DNA from: Candidatus Multivoradales bacterium
GTDB lineage: Bacteria; Acidobacteriota; Thermoanaerobaculia; Multivoradales; JAHEKO01
Direction of reading: 5' to 3'
DNA length: 64,000 bases
Assembly: GCA_965223855.1 (NCBI GenBank)
Contig: CBDCXM010000009.1
Coordinates: forward strand, 2,432,001 to 2,496,000
Position 1 is the first letter of the stretch. Every line of letters begins with the position of its first letter. Below, piece after piece: positions 58,492 through 64,000 of this stretch. The notes below the pieces were generated by a model. It was not told the DNA's origin, searched no databases, and worked only from the letters and a program-made list of their open reading frames with translations. The position numbers and the translations under genes were made by a program.

Positions 58492-59910
58492 ATGTCCAGC
58501 CCGCTGCCCGATCCCAACGTCGCCACGGTGCTCGAGGAGATCACCGACCGCGCCGACACCGTACTCACCCGCGGAGAGGATCAGCCCTCCGCCGTCGCAC
58601 GCCTCGTCAGTCGAGCGGAGCAAGGTCCCAACGGGAGGGTCGCGATCCTCGACGGTTGCCGGACCCCCTTCTCGAAAGGGGGCACCGACCTCGCTGACAT
58701 GGACGTCGTCGATCTCGCATCGGTGGCGGCGGCCGAGGTCGTCCAACGCAACGACTTCGACCCCGCGGGAATCGGCCTGTCCGTCTTCGGCTGTGTGGTG
58801 CCCGCCCTCAACGCCCCCAACCTCGGTCGCGAGGTCGTCTTCCGCGCCGGGCTGCCGACGGCGATTCCAGGCACGACGGTCAATTTGGCGTGCGCGTCGG
58901 CGAACCGGGCGATCACCTCCGGTGCAGAGGCGATCCTCACCGGGCAGACCGAACTGGTGCTGGCGGGCGGTGCCGAGTCGCTCTCAAACGTGCCGATTCA
59001 GTACTCGAAGAGCGGCGCGCGGCGCCTCGCCGAGTTCAGCAGAGCGAAGTCGCTCGGACAGCGCCTCGCCGTGCTGGCGAAGGTGCGGCCCAGGGACCTC
59101 GTGCCTGTGCCGCCGGCGATCGCCGAATACACGACCGGCAAGTCGATGGGGCAGTCAGCCGAGCAGATGGCGCAGGAGAACGACGTTTCGCGGCGCTCGC
59201 AGGACGAGATCGCGTTGCTCTCGCACCAGCGCGCCGCGGCAGCGCACGCCGAAGGGCGCTTCGAGGGCCAGGTGGCGCTGACGATGCCGCGCCCAGGCTA
59301 TGACCGGGCGGTGACGACCGACAACGGAGTTCGCAGCGACAGCTCGATGGAGGCACTCGAGGCGTTACGGCCCGTCTTCGACAAGCGCTATGGCTCGATC
59401 ACGGCCGGCAATGCGAGTCCGATCACCGATGGCGGATCCGCCGTGCTGCTCTCCAGCGAGCGCAGGGCAGAGTCCTTCGACAGAGCCCCGCTCGGCTATG
59501 TGCGCTCCTGGGCCTACGCGGCGCTCGATCCCGCCGGCCAGCTGCTCCAGGGGCCCGCCTACGCAGTACCCGCGGCGCTCGACGCGGCCGGAATGACGCT
59601 CGCCGACATCGACCTGATCGAGATGCACGAGGCGTTCGCCGCGCAGGTGGTGTCGAACCTCAAGGCGTTCGCGTCGCCGAAGTTCGCCCGCGAAGAGCTG
59701 GGACGCGACGAGCCGGTGGGGGTGGTCGATTTCGAGCGCTTCAACGTCAACGGCGGCTCGATCGCCATCGGCCACCCGTTCGGCGCGACCGGCGGTCGGG
59801 TGACGATCCAGCTCCTGGAGGAGCTGGGAAGGCGCGGCCTCGAGCGCGGGCTGATCTCGGTCTGCGCCGCCGGTGCCGTCGGCTTCGCGATGGTCGTCGA
59901 GCGAAGCTGA
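58492..59910 (+). CDS. fadI: Acetyl-CoA C-acyltransferase (FadI-type thiolase)
   Basis: CRTPF, LACASA, GGAESLS, TAGNASPITDG, MHEAFAAQ, GGSIAIGHPFGATG, CAAG. Confidence 0.9.
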   Translation: MSSPLPDPNVATVLEEITDRADTVLTRGEDQPSAVARLVSRAEQGPNGRVAILDGCRTPFSKGGTDLADMDVVDLASVAAAEVVQRNDFDPAGIGLSVFGCVVPALNAPNLGREVVFRAGLPTAIPGTTVNLACASANRAITSGAEAILTGQTELVLAGGAESLSNVPIQYSKSGARRLAEFSRAKSLGQRLAVLAKVRPRDLVPVPPAIAEYTTGKSMGQSAEQMAQENDVSRRSQDEIALLSHQRAAAAHAEGRFEGQVALTMPRPGYDRAVTTDNGVRSDSSMEALEALRPVFDKRYGSITAGNASPITDGGSAVLLSSERRAESFDRAPLGYVRSWAYAALDPAGQLLQGPAYAVPAALDAAGMTLADIDLIEMHEAFAAQVVSNLKAFASPKFAREELGRDEPVGVVDFERFNVNGGSIAIGHPFGATGGRVTIQLLEELGRRGLERGLISVCAAGAVGFAMVVERS

Positions 59911-59919
59911 CGCCGCTCG

Positions 59920-61086
59920 TCAGTCTCGAGCTGCGGCTCGAGGAGTCGGCGGCGGCGGTGGCGCCAGGTGCTTCGCCAGCACGACGAGCGTGAGGTCGTC
60001 GGTCAGTTCCGCCTGGCCACGGTGCTGGTCGAAGGCGAGCAGGACCCGGTCGTGAACGGCGCGCGGTGAGCCGACCGCGCCGAGTAGATCCCGGATTCGG
60101 TCGAAGCCGAACGCGTCCCCCGAGGCGTTGACCGCCTCCGCGAGACCATCGGTGAAGAGGAGCAGGAGGTCGCCATCCTCCAGCACGACGCGGAACGCCT
60201 CGAGCTCGACCTCGGCTCGCATGCCGAGCGGCAGTTGTCCGCTACCGAGCTCTTCGATCTCGCCGCCGGCCCGCCGCAGCAACGGGAAGGGATGCCCGGC
60301 GCAGGCGAAGTCGAGGGTGCCGGTGTCGGGATCGAGGAGCCCGTAGAAGAGCGTCATGAAGGCGCGGCGATCGCCGGTGCGATAGAGCGCTCGGTTCAGC
60401 ACCTCGAGAACGGCGACCGGTGACGGGTCGAGGTCGAGTGCCGTCTTGAGGGTGGCGTTGGCGATCGCCATCAGCAGACCTGCGGCGATTCCGTGCCCGC
60501 TGGCGTCGCCGACGACCACCGCGACCCTGCCATCCGGCGTCGGCAGAAGGTCGTAGTAGTCGCCGCCGATGGTGTTGGCGGTGCGGTAGGAGTGCGCGAT
60601 GTCGTAGCCGGCGAAGTGGGGCACCTGATCGGGCAGCAGGTCGCGCTGCAACTGGCGGGCGACCTCGAGTTCGTCTCGGACGTGGATCCTGTCGACCAGC
60701 TCCATGATCAGGACGAGGACCAGCCCGGCGATGCTGGCGAGGAAGAAGATCGGCGAGTAGTCGAGCGAGATCGACCAGGACTCGCCGGAGAAGCTCACCG
60801 GGTCGTCGTCGATCAACCCGATCAGAGCCAGCAGCAGCGAGGCGGCGAAGAGCAGGCGCCGGGTCGGCTGCAACTTGAACGACATGCCGAGAAAGAGAAC
60901 CTTGGCGCGGTGCCACCAGAGTGCCAGGTCCCCTTCCGGCTCGGGGTCCTCGCGATCGCGGGACAGGACGTCGTAGGCGTTGGCGACGTCACGGTCGAAG
61001 AGCCGGCGGAACTCGTCGGCGCTCGCTCCCTCCGTGTAGTCCCGGAAGAAGCTCTTGGTCTGTCGAACGTAGTCGCGCGGTGCCAT
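59920..61086 (-). CDS. Membrane-anchored PP2C/SpoIIE (RsbU-like) phosphatase
   Basis: Two TM; ELEVARQLQRDLLP, IGGDYYD, GDASGHG, AGHP, FTDGLAE, DDLT. Confidence 0.92.
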   Translation of the reverse strand: MAPRDYVRQTKSFFRDYTEGASADEFRRLFDRDVANAYDVLSRDREDPEPEGDLALWWHRAKVLFLGMSFKLQPTRRLLFAASLLLALIGLIDDDPVSFSGESWSISLDYSPIFFLASIAGLVLVLIMELVDRIHVRDELEVARQLQRDLLPDQVPHFAGYDIAHSYRTANTIGGDYYDLLPTPDGRVAVVVGDASGHGIAAGLLMAIANATLKTALDLDPSPVAVLEVLNRALYRTGDRRAFMTLFYGLLDPDTGTLDFACAGHPFPLLRRAGGEIEELGSGQLPLGMRAEVELEAFRVVLEDGDLLLLFTDGLAEAVNASGDAFGFDRIRDLLGAVGSPRAVHDRVLLAFDQHRGQAELTDDLTLVVLAKHLAPPPPPTPRAAARD

Positions 61087-61118
61087 GGCGGAGTTACGTC
61101 GTGGATCCCGGCGGGTTC

Positions 61119-62735
61119 TCAGGCACCGGCCCCACCGAAGCGAACGCCGGTGAGCTCTGCCATCTCCCGCTTCCATGTAGTGAGGTCGTCGATGCCGAGT
61201 TCGGCGAGAGTCGAATATCCGCAAGCTCGAGCGAGAATCTTCATCAGGTCGACCGAGGACGCGAAGAACCGGGCGAGGCGAGCTGCTGCCGTGTCTCTCG
61301 GCAGGCGCTCTCGCAGGTGCGGCTGTTGTGTCGCGATCCCGACCGGGCAGTTGTTGGTGTGGCACGCCCGCATGCCGATGCAGCCGATCGCCTGGAGGGC
61401 GGAATTGGCCACCGCCACGCCGTCGGCGCCGAGGGCGAGCGCCTTCACGAAATCGGCCGGTGTGCGCAAGCCGCCGGTGATGATGAGGGTGACCTCACCG
61501 CTCTTGCCGCTGCGGTCGAAGTGTCGTCGCGCCCGGGCTAGGGCAGGGATCGTCGGCACCGAGATGTTGTCTCGGAACAGCAGGGGCGCGGCGCCGGTGC
61601 CGCCGCCGCGCCCGTCGAGGATCACGTAGTCGACGCCGACCTCGAAGGCGGCATCGAGGTCGCTCTCGATGTGCTGGGCGGAGAGTTTGAATCCGATCGG
61701 GATGCCGCCGGTCGCCTTTCGGACCTCGGCGGCGAAATCGCGGTAGTCGGACAGCTCCTCCCAATCGGGGAATCGGGCCGGAGAAATTGCGTCCTGACCG
61801 ACCTCGAGGCCGCGGACCTCGGCGATCTTTTCGTTGACCTTGTGCCCGGGGAGGTGCCCGCCGGTGCCGGTCTTGGCGCCCTGCCCTCCCTTGAAGTGGA
61901 AGGCGCGAACGCGGTCGAGCTGCTCCATCGAGAAGCCGAAGCGAGCGGACGCCAGCTCGTAGAAGTAGCGCGTGTTCTCGGCAGCTTCCTCGGGGAGCAT
62001 CCCTCCTTCGCCGGAGCAGATCCCGGTCCCGGCAAGCTCGGCGCCACGGCTGAGCGCCACCTTCGCCTCCGGAGAGAGGGCGCCGAAGCTCATGTCCGAG
62101 ACGAAGAGCGGGATGTCGAGCTCGAGAGGCCGAGCGGCGCAGGGGCCGATCACCAGTGAGGTCGAGACGGGGGCCTCGTCGAGCAGCGGCAGCCGCGCGA
62201 GCTGAGCGGTGACGAACTGCAGATCGTCCCACCGGGGAAGATCCCGCCTCGGGACGCCCATCGCTTCGACAGGGCCATGGTGACCGGTGGATTTGAGTCC
62301 CGTGTCGGCGAGCTGGCGGATGAAGGCGACGGCATCCTCGACCTTCTCGCCGTGGGAAGGATCCTGGAAGTCGCCCTGGTAGGCGTCGCGGTCGTATGGC
62401 TGCGGATTGTTCTCCTCCCAAGCGGCGATCTCGTCACCGTCGACGCAGACACTGTCGTCCTCGATCCAGGAGGTGAACCGTTCGAGGCGCTCGGCGGGGT
62501 CGTAGGCGCTGATGCCGGTGCGATAGCGGTAGTCCCAGTCGTGGAGTCCGCAGATCAGATCGTCGCCCTCGATGCGGCCGTCGGACATCAGGGCGCCGCG
62601 ATGCACGCAACGTCCGTAGAGAACCGAAACGTCGTCGTCCCACCGCACGATCACGAGATCGACGTTGCCGACCCTTGCGTGAGTCGGCTTGCGATCGGGC
62701 AGGTCACTCCAGGATGTGAGGGCGATCTTGTTCAA
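61119..62735 (-). CDS. Rieske [2Fe-2S] domain fused to FMN-binding glutamate-synthase-family domain
   Basis: CVHRG..CGLHDW; SDMSFGALS, SGEGGM, KGGQGAKTGTGGHLPG, DGRGGGTGAAP, CIGMRACHTNNCPVG; TTG start. Confidence 0.92.
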   Translation of the reverse strand: MNKIALTSWSDLPDRKPTHARVGNVDLVIVRWDDDVSVLYGRCVHRGALMSDGRIEGDDLICGLHDWDYRYRTGISAYDPAERLERFTSWIEDDSVCVDGDEIAAWEENNPQPYDRDAYQGDFQDPSHGEKVEDAVAFIRQLADTGLKSTGHHGPVEAMGVPRRDLPRWDDLQFVTAQLARLPLLDEAPVSTSLVIGPCAARPLELDIPLFVSDMSFGALSPEAKVALSRGAELAGTGICSGEGGMLPEEAAENTRYFYELASARFGFSMEQLDRVRAFHFKGGQGAKTGTGGHLPGHKVNEKIAEVRGLEVGQDAISPARFPDWEELSDYRDFAAEVRKATGGIPIGFKLSAQHIESDLDAAFEVGVDYVILDGRGGGTGAAPLLFRDNISVPTIPALARARRHFDRSGKSGEVTLIITGGLRTPADFVKALALGADGVAVANSALQAIGCIGMRACHTNNCPVGIATQQPHLRERLPRDTAAARLARFFASSVDLMKILARACGYSTLAELGIDDLTTWKREMAELTGVRFGGAGA

Positions 62736-62827
62736 AGAGTCGGGCTCCGCGGGACGGTGATCGGTGCGATCGAGGCTACACCAGCCATCGCGCGCATCGA
62801 TTGATCGTCTCGGACTATCCTGTGCCC

Positions 62828-63382
62828 ATGGAGACGCCGATTCTCGTCGCTCTCGGCTCCAACATCGAACCGGAGAGGCGACTGCCGTCGGCGGTGCGGC
62901 GGTTGGCGTCCCTGCCGTTCGTCGAAGTCGTCGCCGCCTCCACCGTCTTCGAGAGTGAGCCGCTCGGGGCTCCCGGCACTCCGCTGTTTCTCAATGCGGT
63001 GGTCGCCCTCGAGACCGCCCTCGGGCCGCGCTCCCTGAAGTTCGGGGTGCTGCGCGAGATCGAGTGGCTGGAGGGACGCCGCCGCTCGAGCGACCCCAAT
63101 GCGCCTCGGACGCTCGATCTCGACCTGGTGCTCTACCGGGATCGAGTCGCGCAGGATGCTGACCTGCGCCTGCCCGATCCCGATCTCGCTACGCAGCCGC
63201 ACGTCGTCGTGCCGGCCGCCGAGCTCGCGCCGAACTTGATTCCACCGGGCATGAGCGAGCCCCTGGAGGCGCTGGCCCGGAAGATGAGATCGGGACTGGT
63301 GGCCAGGAGGGATGTGGCTCTCTCCTTCGATAGCCAGGCCGATCTCGACGGAGAGTCCGGGCGCACTGTCGAGCCGAACTGA
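62828..63382 (+). CDS. folK: 2-amino-4-hydroxy-6-hydroxymethyldihydropteridine diphosphokinase
   Basis: ALGSNI, FLNAVV, IE..EGRRR, PRTLDLDL, LPDP, VVVP.AELAP. Confidence 0.93.
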   Translation: METPILVALGSNIEPERRLPSAVRRLASLPFVEVVAASTVFESEPLGAPGTPLFLNAVVALETALGPRSLKFGVLREIEWLEGRRRSSDPNAPRTLDLDLVLYRDRVAQDADLRLPDPDLATQPHVVVPAAELAPNLIPPGMSEPLEALARKMRSGLVARRDVALSFDSQADLDGESGRTVEPN

Positions 63383-63406
63383 GTCGAGCCGCCCTGAGTC
63401 GAGCCG
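63368..63406 (+). repeat. Three-copy tandem repeat with 15-nt period across the folK stop
   Basis: GTCGAGCCG at 63368, 63383 and 63398, linked by AACTGA and CCCTGA. Confidence 0.7.
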
Positions 63407-63612
63407 CGACCTCGCCCCGCCCACCTGCGCTTGTCGGGTAGAACGGCCTCTTGCCCGAGGCCGCCGGAGCGACGGCGTCAGCCCGCGCTGCCGGTCCCCG
63501 GCACCATCGCCAGCAGGAGCCTCCGCCTTACTTGAAACCCCTTCTCACCGAGCGTCGGATTTCACTCGCGGGTCCTCTCCGGGAGAGACCTGTCCCTCCA
63601 GCCACCCTCCTC

Positions 63613-63999
63613 CTATCCTTCGGACCTCCCACGCCCATAGCCGAAGCCGATCGCCAGCAGCGCCATCACCAGCAGTCCCCAGGAGTGGAAGTTGTAGAGG
63701 CCGATCTTCCAGGCCGCGAGTGGGACGTTGGCGCCGCCGAGCGTCTGGTTGGCGGCAAAGACGGTGGGAATGCAGTAGGGCAGCAGGAACGGATAGGTGC
63801 ACACGGTGAGGTCGAGCAGGTTGGCTCGTCGGACGGCGCCGACCCCCGCTCGCTCGCCGAGACGCCGGACGACGGGTCCGACAGCCAGCAGGGCGACGAC
63901 CGAATGGGTCGTGGCGACGACCGCCGTCGAGGCCGCGAGGAACAGCGAGCGCTCAGCCTGCGGGGGCGAGGCGCTGCGCCTCTCGAAGCGGGTGAGCCA
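63613..63999 (-). CDS. C-terminal part of an NhaC-family Na+/H+ antiporter-like transporter (5' end outside window)
   Basis: Manual translation ..THSVVALLAVGP..RRANLLDLTVCTYPFLLPY..YNFHSWGLLVMALLAIGFGYGR. Confidence 0.7.
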   Translation of the reverse strand, partial: WLTRFERRSASPPQAERSLFLAASTAVVATTHSVVALLAVGPVVRRLGERAGVGAVRRANLLDLTVCTYPFLLPYCIPTVFAANQTLGGANVPLAAWKIGLYNFHSWGLLVMALLAIGFGYGRGRSEG

Positions 64000-64000
64000 C

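Noticed and set aside
63589-63599. GGAGGGACAGG on the minus strand, resembling a SAM-I riboswitch segment
   Set aside because: The other SAM-I elements are missing, and it lies downstream rather than upstream of a gene.

Overview
High-GC bacterial chromosomal window with about 55 tightly packed genes. I found no rRNA, tRNA, CRISPR array or mobile element. The gene content suggests a diderm heterotroph, probably Acidobacteriota (Thermoanaerobaculia-like); this is inference only. The window is rich in signal-peptide-bearing hydrolases: BNR propellers, a sulfatase, GH16, ThuA, two M12 proteases, and M14, M24, M48 and aspartyl proteases. Two signals stand out. (1) A 14-residue motif, [IV]F[SADQ]DGFE[STA]G[DT][TV][SL][ASG]W, usually followed by about 5 residues ending in Pro and the stop. 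It is attached to seven otherwise mostly unrelated exported proteins: six at the C-terminus and one right after the signal peptide. It behaves like a protein sorting or docking tag. (2) A translationally coupled operon (5557-11047) encoding a nucleotide-transporter (NTT/TLC)-HEAT fusion, a cNMP-binding-fold protein and an apparently exported phosphatase-kinase-like fusion. This is a candidate extracytoplasmic phosphorylation system with its own nucleotide supply. Also notable: an SCP2-R2lox fusion, an exported caspase-FGE fusion beside a five-PEGA protein, and an ECF sigma / very large anti-sigma / ABC transporter operon. Start codons were refined by eye, and all family calls come from motif recognition, not database searches.
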